Below, piece by piece: positions 37,791 to 50,261 of a DNA stretch of 64,000 bases. This stretch comes from Octopus bimaculoides (taxonomy: Eukaryota): contig NC_068998.1 of the NCBI RefSeq assembly GCF_001194135.2, forward strand, positions 12,766,279-12,830,278, in the 5' to 3' direction. The notes beneath the pieces are model-generated. The model was not told where the DNA came from. It ran no database searches and worked only from the letters and a program-made list of their open reading frames with translations. The translations under genes were made by a program, and so were the position numbers. Numbering within the stretch: the first letter of the stretch is position 1; each line of letters opens with the position of its first letter.

Positions 37791-37961
37791 AGAGATTTAG
37801 TTGCTGTTTCTAGCAGGTTGATCAACCTGCTTTGAGGCTCCTTTACCTAATAATATATTCTGTTTATAAATAGTGCAGAAAATTTGAAAGTATACAAAAA
37901 CAAGGCAATGCTGTATTACTAGCACACACTGAATATTCATGCCTGTTTAAAATGGTTTCAG

Positions 37962-38006
37962 TATCCGTTCTCTGTATATGGGTATCCCATGTGTGTGCGT
38001 GACTGA
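37962..38006 (+). CDS. Exon G: IRSLYMGIPCVCVT(E)
   Basis: ggtttcag acceptor, GTATGT donor, 45 nt, open only as phase 2 to 2. Confidence 0.55.
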   Translation, partial: YPFSVYGYPMCVRD

Positions 38007-38409
38007 GTATGTGAAGGATATCCAATCTCCCAACTTGTAATATAATTCTGCTAGAGGTGCTGTGCAATCTTCATTTGTCTGATTAGTTCCTTACTTATTT
38101 GTAACAGCCTAGGTGTGTGCAATCCCAGTCTTGAATGAATATTAAATAGCTGCTGTTTGCATTATTTGAACGAGGTGTTCATGTTCACAAGTGCGGTGGG
38201 GTGGGAAGGAATTAGTTAAATTTTTGCACTTGCTACAGCAGAAACACAACGCAATCATTAATTAGGTAGACCTAAATTTAGTAGTAATATACAAATATGA
38301 TGAAGGAATCGCTATATAGCTGGTTGAATTATTAGAAATAGCAGCCAGATTTCTCTCAAATCAACCTGTACTGTCATATGAAAAAAAAAAGATATTGGTA
38401 TACAAATAG

Positions 38410-38755
38410 GTGTGTGGTAAGAAATTTGCTTCCCAACTATATGGGTCTGGGTTCAGTCCCACTGTGTGGCATTTTGGGCAAGTGTCTTCTAATATAGCTC
38501 TGGGCCAACCAGTGTCTTGTGAATGAAAGAAGCCTGTCATGTATGTATATATCTATCTGTGTACGTTTGTGTTTGCCCCTCACTACTGGTGTTGGTTTGT
38601 TTATGTCCTTGTGACTTAGTGGTTCAGCAAAGAGACCATTACAACTGAGTACCAAGCTTTTAAGAAGAGAAATATTGGAGTTTGTTCAGCTAAACCCTTC
38701 AAGGCAGTGCCCCAGTGTCAATACTATCCAACGACTGAAACAAATAAAAAAATAA
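38410..38755 (+). mobile_element. SINE family 1 copy
   Basis: Head and tail motifs present. Confidence 0.75.
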
Positions 38756-39327
38756 AGATATATTTGATAATGCAATATGAAATAAATTATGTATGTAAAG
38801 ACGGGACAGCTATGTTTTTGATTATTAATTGGCAGAAGAGTGACTCAAGTGCTGAGAGTTACATGCATTGATAAGTGTCAACACTCAAAACTCTCAGCCC
38901 TTGAGTCACTCTGTAACTTTGGCCAATATATATATATATGTATACATGCATGCATATGCATACTCTGTAAAGTGGCTGGCATTAGGAAGGGCATCCATCT
39001 GTAGAAACTATGTCAAAGCTGACACTGGAGCTCAATGCAGCCTTGCAGCTTACTGGATCCTGTCAAACTGTCCAACTCATGCCAGCATAGAAAACAGACG
39101 TTAACTGATAATGATGATGATGGTGATGGTAGTGTTGGTTGTGGTGATGTCAGCGGCGCTTGTAAATCATAAAATCTGTGAATAGCAAACTATTGATGAT
39201 GTACCGTAATAAAGTGTATATGTAAATTATATTATAGGCAGTGTCAAACCATGATCTTCATGTCATAGTTTTCGTGCATGTCGTTTTCTTGGAGCCTTCA
39301 TAAAATGTTGGGGTATGATTTTTACAG

Positions 39328-39364
39328 AAATTTGGCTTCAATTTCTGACAGATTGAGCTACCTG
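39328..39364 (+). CDS. Exon H: NLASISDRLSYL
   Basis: gatttttacag acceptor, CTG|GTAACA donor, phase 2 to 0, joins exon G in frame. Confidence 0.5.
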
Positions 39365-39689
39365 GTAACACTCATAGTGACAACAGCACTCGATATTGCA
39401 GGGTAGTGAAATACTCATGAATTATGCCGTACTACCAGCTGTAGCAGTTAATACTCCTTGTTATTTATTTACAGATAGGTGGACTGGGCTATTTGAGAAT
39501 CAAACACATTTGCTATGGACAGTGTAATGACAAGATATGAACCATGCACTCTTCAGTTTGTAGCTTGGTCCAATTTTCCATTTCAGCTATCAGTGGCTGG
39601 ATACTAATTTATTTACTCGCTTGTTTTTGTTGAAACATTATTATTCCTAAATCTCTCAGCAAGAGATATTCAGTGGCAGTAATTTAAAG

Positions 39690-39928
39690 TAAAGGTTATT
39701 TGCCAACCTAATGTGGCAGTCCCACTTGGGACGAATGCTTCTGTTGTTTAACCCCAGGAGACATCATCTCCAGCTGGCTATACAGGGGTGCTAAACTCCC
39801 CTTTTCAAAAATATAAGTACAGAGATTGTGTGTCGTATAGCCAGCTGGAGATGATGTCTCTTGGGGTTAAACTACAGTCGCATTTGTTCCAACCTGGACT
39901 GCCACATCAGGTTGGCAAATAACCTTTA
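39690..39928. repeat. Long inverted repeat / foldback element
   Basis: Arms 39690-39783 and 39835-39928 (about 94 bp) with a spacer of about 51 bp. Confidence 0.9.
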
Positions 39929-40086
39929 TTTTTGTTGAGATAGACTTAAATCTAACATTGGATTAATAATTCTTACTAATATAGGCTCAAGGCCTGAAAT
40001 TTGGATGAAGTGGGTAGTTGATTAAATTGACCCTTGTACTTAACTGGTACTTGTTTTATCAAATCCTGAAAGGATGAAAGTCAAAA

Positions 40087-40322
40087 TCGGTTGTCAAGCG
40101 ATGTTGGGGGGACAAACACAGATACACAAACATACATATATACACACATATACATATATACGACGGGCTTCTTTCAGTTTCTGTCTACCAAATTCACTCG
40201 CAAGGCTTTGATCGGCCCGAGGCTATAGTAGAAGACACTTGCCCAAGGTGCCACGCAGTGGGACTGAACCCAGAACCATGTGGCTGGTAAGCAAGCTACT
40301 TACCACACAGCCACTCCTGCAC
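40087..40322 (-). mobile_element. SINE family 1, 5' half
   Basis: Near-consensus reverse head. Confidence 0.85.
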
Positions 40323-40427
40323 CTATTCTACTAAATTCTACTAAAAAGTATTGAACAATTCCTCAGTTTAATGTTAAATTGTTTTGATATATAACTTAAC
40401 CATCACCAGCATGACCGNNNNNNNNNN

Positions 40428-40460
<33 letters not shown>

Positions 40461-41152
40461 TTTGGAAATGTAAGTTACTTAAAGCATTTACCTTCCTTTC
40501 TCCCCCCCCCTTATAATCCCTCTCATTTCTTGTTTTCCCGCTTCCACCCTTCCTTTCTCTTGTTTATTCTCCCACGTTGTTTCGCTTTCACTTTCTGCCT
40601 TCCTTATTGATTCTCTTTCTATCCCCTAACATACACTCCTCAAAGACATAATGCGCACACTTTCTGTCTATTGTTCTATTTACAATGGTAAAACCTTAGA
40701 AAAAAAAGACATTATTATCTATATTAATTCATGAAATTTAATTCTGCGGTGATTAAGCTAGGGCTGCACGTAGGGAAAAATGTTTTACTTTACTTAATTA
40801 ATTATATAGTTTTAAATAGAAAAAATACATGTGCATTTTCTATAACCTGGTTGAATATAAAATGTTTATTCATTATCATTTACCTTCACAATGTAATATC
40901 TTGTGTTTCAAACAGCTTCATAGAAACTTAATGAATCAACAAAACTCAAGGAAAAATATTTGAACTGGGGTTAAAACAACTGTTTTAAAATAAAATTACA
41001 CTGATTTTTATTTCTGTCAACTTAATTAAAGCGTACTACCTGTTCTAATGTGTAATTATAACACGTAGCATGTTATTGGGAGAAAAGCTGTGTAAGGTTT
41101 ATTTTGGAGTTGGTGAAATAAAATATACACGATTATTCATGATTATGTATAG

Positions 41153-41344
41153 CTTTTACTGGTATGATCTTTGAGTGAAGATTTCACTTTGAATAAAGTG
41201 TTAAATCCTAAAAATTTACTAAAAATCTTTAAGTTTATGAAATTGTTTTGCAAGATTCCTGATGTGAAATCATGTGTTGAAACAGATACTGTTATATTTC
41301 GGAAGTAGACATGTGGGATGAAAGAGTCGCTGAAGAGGTCACAG
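41153..41344 (+). pseudogene. Coding-like segment with two in-frame stops (LLLV*SLSEDFTLNKVLNPKNLLKIFKFMKLFCKIPDVKSCVETDTVIFRK*TCGMKESLKRSQ)
   Basis: gtatag acceptor in phase 0, CAG|GTGTGT donor, 192 nt. TGA at 41165 and TAG at 41306. A second frame gives YCYISEVDMWDERVAEEVT. Confidence 0.25.
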
Positions 41345-43125
41345 GTGTGTGATGAAAGATTTTCAGACAATTGATATAAGATAAATTAAGGAAGAATAAT
41401 AAATGAGTGAAGAACAAATATATGTAGTGCATATGTTTATTTGGCATGCAATAAAAAAAAAAACCCATCTTAAAATATAACACTTACTAAAAATTCCTTT
41501 TCACTAAATATAATAGAATTAAACACTTAACGAATTATATATAATATGATATCGGTTTCTGAGCAGTGTCGAATTGTTTGCAGTCACAAAGGTTTTTCCT
41601 CCTTGTTTCATTTTTGCTGCAATTTTACATTGTCTTTCTTTATTTACATCCTTAGTGTTGAGTTTAATGACTCATAGGGAAAACCCTGAATCATCATATG
41701 TGTTTATTGAAGTCGGAGAGTAATTTACAAAGCAGAATTCTTCCATGCCACATATTTTACAATCAATGCCATTGATAAAAGAGCAATTTTCCAAACACAC
41801 ACACACACACGCACATATGTATATATATATATATATACATACACACACACACACACATATACATATACATATACACACGCACATACACACACACAAGTGT
41901 GTGTTATCCCACTTGCAAACTTAAAAAGTCAGTTCTCTGGAAAGATTGTATCTGATATATTTCACAAATGTTTTGCACCAAATTTCTGTATGACATCCTG
42001 TTTAGTAGATTTTTTCAATAAAATCTTTCAAAAGTGTCAGGAAATAACAAAACAATATAGTTTTTTTATACTTCCAATAATAACACAGGAAAAAAAAAAA
42101 AAAATTGGGTCAATGGAAAATCAGTTGTTTCAATGCAAGTGTACCCCATTGTATGCACGTAAGATCAAGTGTGTAATGTGTATCCAGCACTGAATGCTCT
42201 CTTGCATAGTGAAAATTTTAACCACCGTTGTTTCAGTCTTTGGAAGATGAAATAATAATGACAAATGTAAACGAAATATATGCATATATTTTGATATATT
42301 TTGTTTATAAACATGGTCATCTTGTATATAAACACAATATTTTATACACATGATCATTGTTTGAATTGAAAATATTGTCAGAATGTGAAATAGCACATAC
42401 ATTTGTTTATGTCTTGTCCTGCCTCCTTTCATTTTCCTTTATTCTCCCCCATTGTCTTTTTCTCTGATTTTCCCACCCCCACTCCTTTTTGTGTTACCTG
42501 CTTGATTTGCTCTCTGTGAAATAAAGGAGAGGGAGTAGATATGGAAAGAAAAGAGTGTGACAGACTGTCTTTTAGATTAAAAAAAAAAGGCAGTGACAAA
42601 TATGCATGATAAAACAAATCAATTCAGATATTGATAATGTTCCCTGTGATTCATTGAAGGAATAGGGGTGAGACTCTTTCTATTTCATACATAATATATG
42701 TATATAGGTCTGTATCTCTGTATGGTTGTGCGTTGTTGGTAATATATTGATAAATGATAAAAATCTACGTGTGTTTGTGTGTGAAGATATCTATTGACAC
42801 GTATATAAGAAGTAGAGATATAGCTGTTTTTAGTCTAGCTCTTCTTTGAGTTTCATAAGCCCAGCACTGATTATCAGTTTGGTTGACATTACTGAATGAT
42901 AAATTCAAATGACATAATAAAAATTGTGCGTACATCAGTGACATAGTGGATAGCAACATTGTACTTGATGAATGTTCCTTATTCAAGTCTAGTCTGAAAC
43001 CATGACTGGAACCAGAAATAAAACACTTGATGATTGTTTATATAAGGATAATCCTGCACCCTACGTTTCTCATTGCTGCTGGAGATTATTAAGGCCCCCA
43101 AGTCTGTGAAACATTACAGTTTTAG

Positions 43126-43211
43126 AGCCATTGTCTCAGAGTTATGATATTGCTGTTTCTTATAAATGCCATGAACTGCTGTACATGGCAATGTCATCAA
43201 GATTTCATTAA
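43126..43211 (+). CDS. Weak exon candidate: (E)PLSQSYDIAVSYKCHELLYMAMSSRFH*
   Basis: cattacagttttag acceptor, phase 1, ends in TAA. Confidence 0.25.
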
Positions 43212-43511
43212 AACTGAAGTATTTTCCTTATGTGAACACGTTTCTTTTCATATACTCTGTTCACATATCTTTGTTCATATATCTTATCATATCATATCAT
43301 ATCCTTCCTTCCTTCCTTCCTTCCTTTTGTTTTATAAGATAAGAAGGAAAACCTGTATGTAATCATCTGATCTGCAAGAAATAACAACCAAATCTTCATA
43401 AAATCATACCTCTGATATTTATACCTGAAGAAGGAAGAAAGCATTCAATATTGTAGCCTTTGATACATTGTCTGATAACGAAAAAAAGAAAGAGGATTGT
43501 CATAGGTTCAG

Positions 43512-43876
43512 GTGAGGCTGTGTGGTAAGAAGTTTGTTTCTCAACCACATGGTTTTGGGTTCAGTCCCACCATGTGGCACCTTGAGCAAGTACCTTCTAT
43601 TATACCCCTAGGCCAACCAAAGCCTTGTGATTGGATTTGGTAGATGGAAACTGAAAGAAGCTCATCATATATGTGTGTGTTTGTCCACTACCGCCGCCAC
43701 TTGACAGCTAGTGTTGGTTTGTTTACATCCCTGTAACTTAGTGGTTTGACAAAAGAGACAAGTAGAATGAGTACTAGGCTTAAAAAAAAATTAAGTACTG
43801 GAACCAATTTCTTTGACTAAATCCTTCAAGGTGGTGCCCCAGCATGGCTGCACTCTAATGTCTGAAACAAGTAAAA
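43512..43876 (+). mobile_element. SINE family 1 copy
   Basis: Head and tail motifs present, with a short internal repeat. Confidence 0.8.
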
Positions 43877-44607
43877 AGAACAAATGAATTAGCTGAAATG
43901 TGGTCTGCCATCACAGATCTGCCTAACTCTGCCTAATCAATAACAACAATGATAGCAACAATCTTTTGCCCCTAGGTATGTCATCTCTATCTATCTAAAT
44001 CCATTTCATGCACCCAAATTATTTTTCAAACCCTTAATAAACATTTTAATGCTAGATGAATTTAGCCATTGAGAGTTAAGTTAAGGATATAGAGCTTGAG
44101 CAACATACACTAATCTGGAACTGACTCAAAATGCCAATCTCTCAGTTTTTTTCATCTCATCCCAGCATCCACACTTTAAGCCCTCAGCTTGAAGAAAGCT
44201 TAAAATTAATGTTGAGTTCAAAGATTTCCTCTTTCAATTATTGAATATAAAATGATTTTCATATTTCAAATCTTACCAAGGTCAACTTTGCCTTTATTCC
44301 TTCTGTGGTTGATAAATATTTTGCTGTGTCATGGCAGAAAACATTCCACAATGTGTTTTTTTTTACTTTGTTTAAAGAAGGCAGAGTTTGATTTGAGGGA
44401 GATTTGGTTGCTGTGTCTATTGGTTTGAGTGGCCATGTATCAGCTACTTAATTGGTTCCTATTCAATAGCTGTAATGAATGACATGAGCATTTAAACCCA
44501 AAATGTTGTATAGAATGACATATAGTTATCTCAGCACAGTGTATGGTATTTTCACAAATAAATCTTACTTCTGACATTTATTCCAAGGACTCTGTGCATA
44601 TATATAC

Positions 44608-44657
<50 letters not shown>

Positions 44658-44661
<4 letters not shown>

Positions 44662-44990
44662 TCATCATCATCATCATCGTTTAACGTCCGCTTTCCATGC
44701 TAGCATGGGTTGGACGATTTGACTGAGGACTGGTGAAACCGGATGGCAACACAAGGCTCCAGTCCGATTTGGCAGAGTTTCTACAGCTGGATGCCCTTCC
44801 TAACGCCAACCACTCAGAGAGTGTAGTGGGTGCTTTTACGTGTCACCCGCACGAAAACGGCCACGCTCGAAATGGTGTCTTTTATGTGCCACCCGCACAA
44901 GCCAGTCCAGGGGCACTGGCAACGATCTCGCTCGAAAATCCTACAGGAGCCAGTCAGGCGGTACTGGCAACGGCCACGCTCAAAATGGTT
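44658..44990 (-). mobile_element. SINE family 2, young long copy with internal CpG-rich direct repeats
   Basis: Near-consensus sequence with the repeated ggcaacggccacgctc(g/a)aaatgg motif. Confidence 0.85.
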
Positions 44991-45972
44991 ATATATATAT
45001 ATATATATATATAGTCTGTTTTTTAAATGTCTTAGTTTCCTTGCTCTCTTTTTATATTTAGCAAATGTGAATTGGATGGGATTTAGTTAAATAACTAACA
45101 GAAGGTTTTAATTTAAAAACGAATACTTTAAACCAATAGCTTTGTAATGATAAAACCGTGGGCAGTCACAGAGCAGTGGATGGTGTAAATATTGGAGTAT
45201 CAGATGCTGTATCTCTTCTGGTGTTTTTTCCATTTTGAGTTTTTTGTCAAGCTGACTTAATCCATTGCCCAGCTTTAAACCACCATCTGGTCATTGGACA
45301 CCTTAAGCAGAGTTCACTATGTTGTGAATGTTTGAGCTATATCTCTCACTGGTTTGAGGATAACTTAGTTCCTTTCTTCCACCAATATTAGGTCCTGAAG
45401 AGAATAAAGGGTCATACTTTGCTCCCTGCAACCCACCCTAGAAAAGGGTTGATATTAAATCAAGGAAACACTAAGATAGTCTGTTGCAGAGTGAAACATC
45501 TTTTATGGTAAGAGCAACGAGGCTGGTTCTAATAGTGGTTTTGGTAGTTCGCTTATAAGTTGTTGTTTAATTTCTAGACCATTCTTGATTAAGCAAACCT
45601 ATAATGAAAGACATTCCAGTTGTGACAATGCCATTTTTTACTCAGGTATAATATATGAAGAGCCACATTATCCAATCCATCCTATTTTTTAAAAATATGA
45701 TCTGGTGTGATTTGAGGAAGACTTACTGTTATTTCTTACAGGTCAAATGATGACATAGAGATTGTGGTATTTCAAGTAACAACTGTAGTGCTTATGTTAG
45801 TGTAGTTGATCAAAGGCATGCCAGACATGACCACCCAGTCTTCTGTTTGGGATAGTGTACCTATCATTATCTAATGTACTTTTTTTTTAAGATGTTAGGC
45901 CGTGATTTGAGGAATGTTTAGATGCCATTTCTATGAAGTCGAGTGAACATGTAGAAGATCTCCTTATAGTAT

Positions 45973-46371
45973 TACTCTTTTACTTGTTTCAGTCATTTGA
46001 CTGCGGCCATGCTGGAGCACCGCCTTTAGTTGAGCAAATCGACCCCAGAGCTTATTCTTTGTAAGCCTAGTACTTATTCTATCGGTCTCTTTTGCCGAGC
46101 CGCTAAGTTACGGGGACGTAAACACACCAGCATCGGTTGTCAAGCGATGTTGGCGGGCACAAACACAGATGCACAAACATATACACACACACACATATAT
46201 ATACACATATATACATATACGACGGGCTTTTTTCAGTTTCCGTCTACCAAATCCACTCACAAGGCTTTGGTCGGCCCGAGGCTATAGCAGAAGACATTTG
46301 TCCAAGGTGCCACACAGTGGGACTGAACCCGGAACCATGTGGTTGGTAAGCAATCTACTTACCACACAGCC
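45973..46371 (-). mobile_element. SINE family 1, near-intact young copy
   Basis: Complete tail to head with CpGs retained. Confidence 0.9.
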
Positions 46372-46823
46372 ATGTTATTTAATTTGCAGCTCAACCTTGA
46401 TTGAGCAGACAAAAGATGGTCACAAGCACTCCGACTATGACCATCCTGTCTTATACTCAGACAGTGTGTGCAAGACTCCATTATCTAATGTCTCCATCCT
46501 TGTTATTTTTTTTTTTGTAACATGACATTATGTAATTCGAGAGATATTTAGCTGCTATGTCTTGCAGGTTGGGTGGTATTGTTAGTTGTGCTCTTTAGCC
46601 CTGAGTCAGCCCTGTTTGAAGATATTTATGAACAAAATCGTTTTACTATGACCACTCCTCACCCCTTTTTATCTTTTTCATGTATCCATCCTTTTTAGGA
46701 TGTCAGAGTATGACTTAAGGAAGAATTTGCTACTATTTCTACCAGGCTGAATGACCACCTAGAGGATCTCTCAATCGCTTGGTGATGCTATAAAGGGCTA
46801 GCTACTGCAGTAGTGGTTGGGTC

Positions 46824-46859
<36 letters not shown>

Positions 46860-46979
46860 TGTGTGAGGCTGAAAAAACAACTGCATTAGGGATATTGTTC
46901 ATTGTAGTAATAAAGGAATAGTAGGGGATATTATGATGGCATTGGTGGCAGTGGTGGTGGTGGTGGTGGTGATGGTGTT

Positions 46980-47640
46980 GATGAGTCAGCTTTGTGTTAA
47001 CACTCTGCAGTGTTGATGATGGCGATGATGATGATGATGATGATGATGAGTCAGCTTTGGTAATGCTGCGTACTGTTGTGGTTGATGATGATGATGGTTG
47101 TGATGGTGTTGATGGTGTTGATGATGTTGGTGGTGTTGGTGACGATGATGATGATGATGATGACGATGATGATGAATCAAGTTTGGTAGTGCTGTGTGCT
47201 GTTGTTGTTGATGATGATGGTGGTGGTGATGATGATGATGATGATGAATCAACTTCGATAATGTGTGCTGTTGTTGGTGATGACGGTGGTGATATTGATG
47301 GTGATGATGATGATGATGGAAAAGACAGCGATGATGATGATGATGACTACAACGATGAGAATAACATTGATGATGATGATGATGATGATGATGAATCAAC
47401 TTTGGTAATTTGTGTGTTATTGTTGTTGACAATGACGATGGTGTTGGTCATGATGATGATGATGATGATGATGATGGTGTTGGTTGTGAGGATAGTGATG
47501 ATTGTGATTATGATGATGACAATGATGGGATTGTAGGGATAGTGCTGATGATGATGATAATGGCAAGGATGGTGTTACTGATGATGACGATGATGACGAC
47601 AACAACGTTGGTTATGAGGATAGTGATGATGATGAAAGGT
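46980..47640. repeat. Composite (GAT/GGT/GTT)n minisatellite with a recurrent gatgaatcaactttggtaatg-like motif
   Basis: Motif near 46980, 47045, 47172, 47243 and 47391, embedded in trinucleotide runs. Confidence 0.85.
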
Positions 47641-48129
47641 CATTAAGTTCTGTTTTCTTGCAAAGGAAACGTATGGGATTATTTATTCATTTACTTTATT
47701 TTATTTTATTTTATTTTATTTTTTCGTATTTTGTATTATATTTATTCATTTATTTATTTATTTATTTATTTTGTGAAAAGACAACTGTTGCTTGATATGT
47801 TGTTGTTGCTGTTGTTTCTGTGATTGCAGTCCTTGGACTTGTTCCTGCTGCTACTGCTGCAGTTGCTGCTGCTGCTGCTGTTGCTGTTGCTGTTGTTGTT
47901 GTTGTTGTTTGTGATTGGATGATATTGTTGCAATGATGCTGGTTGTGTTGTTGTTGTTGATAACTGCTATCCTATTATTGATCTGAGTGGCCATGTTGTT
48001 GTTGTTGCCGTTGCCTATTGGGATAGGTAGGTGCTAACTGGCATTAGCAGTGGGGGGTGGGGTAGCGGGCCTGGCAGTGGCTTACATGTTGATAGAAACT
48101 TCTCCCACTCTCCTTCTAACCCCCTACTC

Positions 48130-48395
48130 TTTCTTTCTCTCTCTCTCTCTCTCTACTACTCATTCTACTCCCTCCTTTCCTCCTTCCTCTCTCTACTACT
48201 CATTCTACTCCCTCCCTTCCTCCCTCCTCTCTACTACTCATTCTACTCCCTCCCTTCCCTCTCTACTACTCATTCTACTCCCTCTCTCTCTACTACTCAT
48301 TCTATCCCTCCCTCCCTTCTCTACTACTCATTCTGCTCCCCCTCTCTCTACTACTCATTCTACTCCCTCCCTTCCTCACCCTCTCTCTCTCTCTC
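48130..48395. repeat. Pyrimidine-rich minisatellite (ctctctactactcattctactccctcc..., about 25-40 bp units)
   Basis: About 7 copies of ctactactcattct. Confidence 0.9.
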
Positions 48396-49051
48396 TCGTT
48401 TATATACACACATACAAATACATACATAAACTGGATATTTTGGCAAAAACTACCTACAGAAAAAAACAACACAAAAAACAAACAAATTGGTATTAGTTGC
48501 ATAAATAACAGAAATGATAGTAGTGAATATGGTGAAGCTGTGGCATTAATGCTGTGTTTATATGGTGGTGGTAGCGGTGGTGGTGACAACTGCAGTGGTA
48601 GTGGTGGTGGTGTGGAATTAATGGTGTATGAATGTGATAGTTCTGTGGTGGTATCAATAATTACATGTATATATGTATATTTCTATTTATTTATGTATGT
48701 ATATATATATGTATGTATGTGTGTATGTATATGTATGTATGTATGTAGTATGCATGTATGTATGCCTATGCATATGTATGTGTGTATGTATGTATATGTA
48801 CACGTATGCGTAAATATATATGTATGTGCATATGTATGTGCATATGTATGTGTGTGTATGTATGTGCGTGACTGTGTGTGTGTGTGCTTACATGCCTCTG
48901 TGTGTGTGTGTGTGTGTGTCGTGTGATGTTGAATAAAGCAGTAAAGAGAATTAACTGACATAACTAGAAAATGAATCTCTTATTGCTTATCTCTGGAAGG
49001 GTGAGTCAAGGAGGGCTTGTCCATTTTGCTATATTTATATATGTTTCTATA

Positions 49052-49106
<55 letters not shown>

Positions 49107-49789
49107 NNNNNNNNNNNNNNNNNNNNNNNNNNNNNNNNNNNNNNNNNNNNNNNNNNNNNNNNNNNNNNNNNNNNNNNNNNNNNNNNNNNNNNNNNNNNNN
49201 NNNNNNNNNNNNNNNNNNNNNNNNNNNNNNNNNNNNNNNNNNNNNNNNNNNNNNNNNNNNNNNNNNNNNNNNNNNNNNNNNNNNNNNNNNNNNNNNNNNN
49301 NNNNNNNNNNNNNNNNNNNNNNNNNNNNNNNNNNNNNNNNNNNNNNNNNNNNNNNNNNNNNNNNNNNNNNNNNNNNNNNNNNNNNNNNNNNNNNNNNNNN
49401 NNNNNNNNNNNNNNNNNNNNNNNNNNNNNNNNNNNNNNNNNNNNNNNNNNNNNNNNNNNNNNNNNNNNNNNNNNNNNNNNNNNNNNNNNNNNNNNNNNNN
49501 NNNNNNNNNNNNNNNNNNNNNNNNNNNNNNNNNNNNNNNNNNNNNNNNNNNNNNNNNNNNNNNNNNNNNNNNNNNNNNNNNNNNNNNNNNNNNNNNNNNN
49601 NNNNNNNNNNNNNNNNNNNNNNNNNNNNNNNNNNNNNNNNNNNNNNNNNNNNNNNNNNNNNNNNNNNNNNNNNNNNNNNNNNNNNNNNNNNNNNNNNNNN
49701 NNNNNNTATATATACATATGCATAACAATGCTTTTATATTTGTTTGTGTGTGTTTGTGTGTATTTATATATACATACATAGATATAAAT

Positions 49790-49835
<46 letters not shown>

Positions 49836-49850
49836 TTCTATATATATAGT

Positions 49851-50261
49851 AGGTGCAGGCGTGGCTGTGTGGTAAGCACTTTGCTTACCAACCACATGGA
49901 TCCAGGTTCAGTCCCACTGCGTGGTACCTTTGGCAAATGTCTTCTATTATAGCCTCGGGCTGACCAAAGCCTTGTGAGTGGATTTGGTAGATAGAAACTG
50001 AAAGAAGCCTGCCATATATATATATATACATATATATATATGTGTGAGTATATATGTTTGTGTGTCTGTGTTTGTCCCACCACTATCACTTGACAACCAA
50101 TGCTGGTGTGTTTGTGTCTCCGTAACTTAGCAGTTCGGCAAAAGAGATCCGATAGAATAAATACTAAGCTTACAAAGAATAAGTCCTGGGGTCAGTTTGT
50201 TCGACTAAAGGCAGTGCTCCAGCATGGCCGCAGTCAGATGACTGAAACAAATAAAAGAATA
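49851..50261 (+). mobile_element. SINE family 1, full copy
   Basis: Complete head and tail. Confidence 0.9.

Noticed and set aside
39475-39540. Acceptor-like ttattttacag followed by IGGLGYLRIKHIC...
   Set aside because: It lies in an antisense SINE remnant whose core mimics an acceptor.
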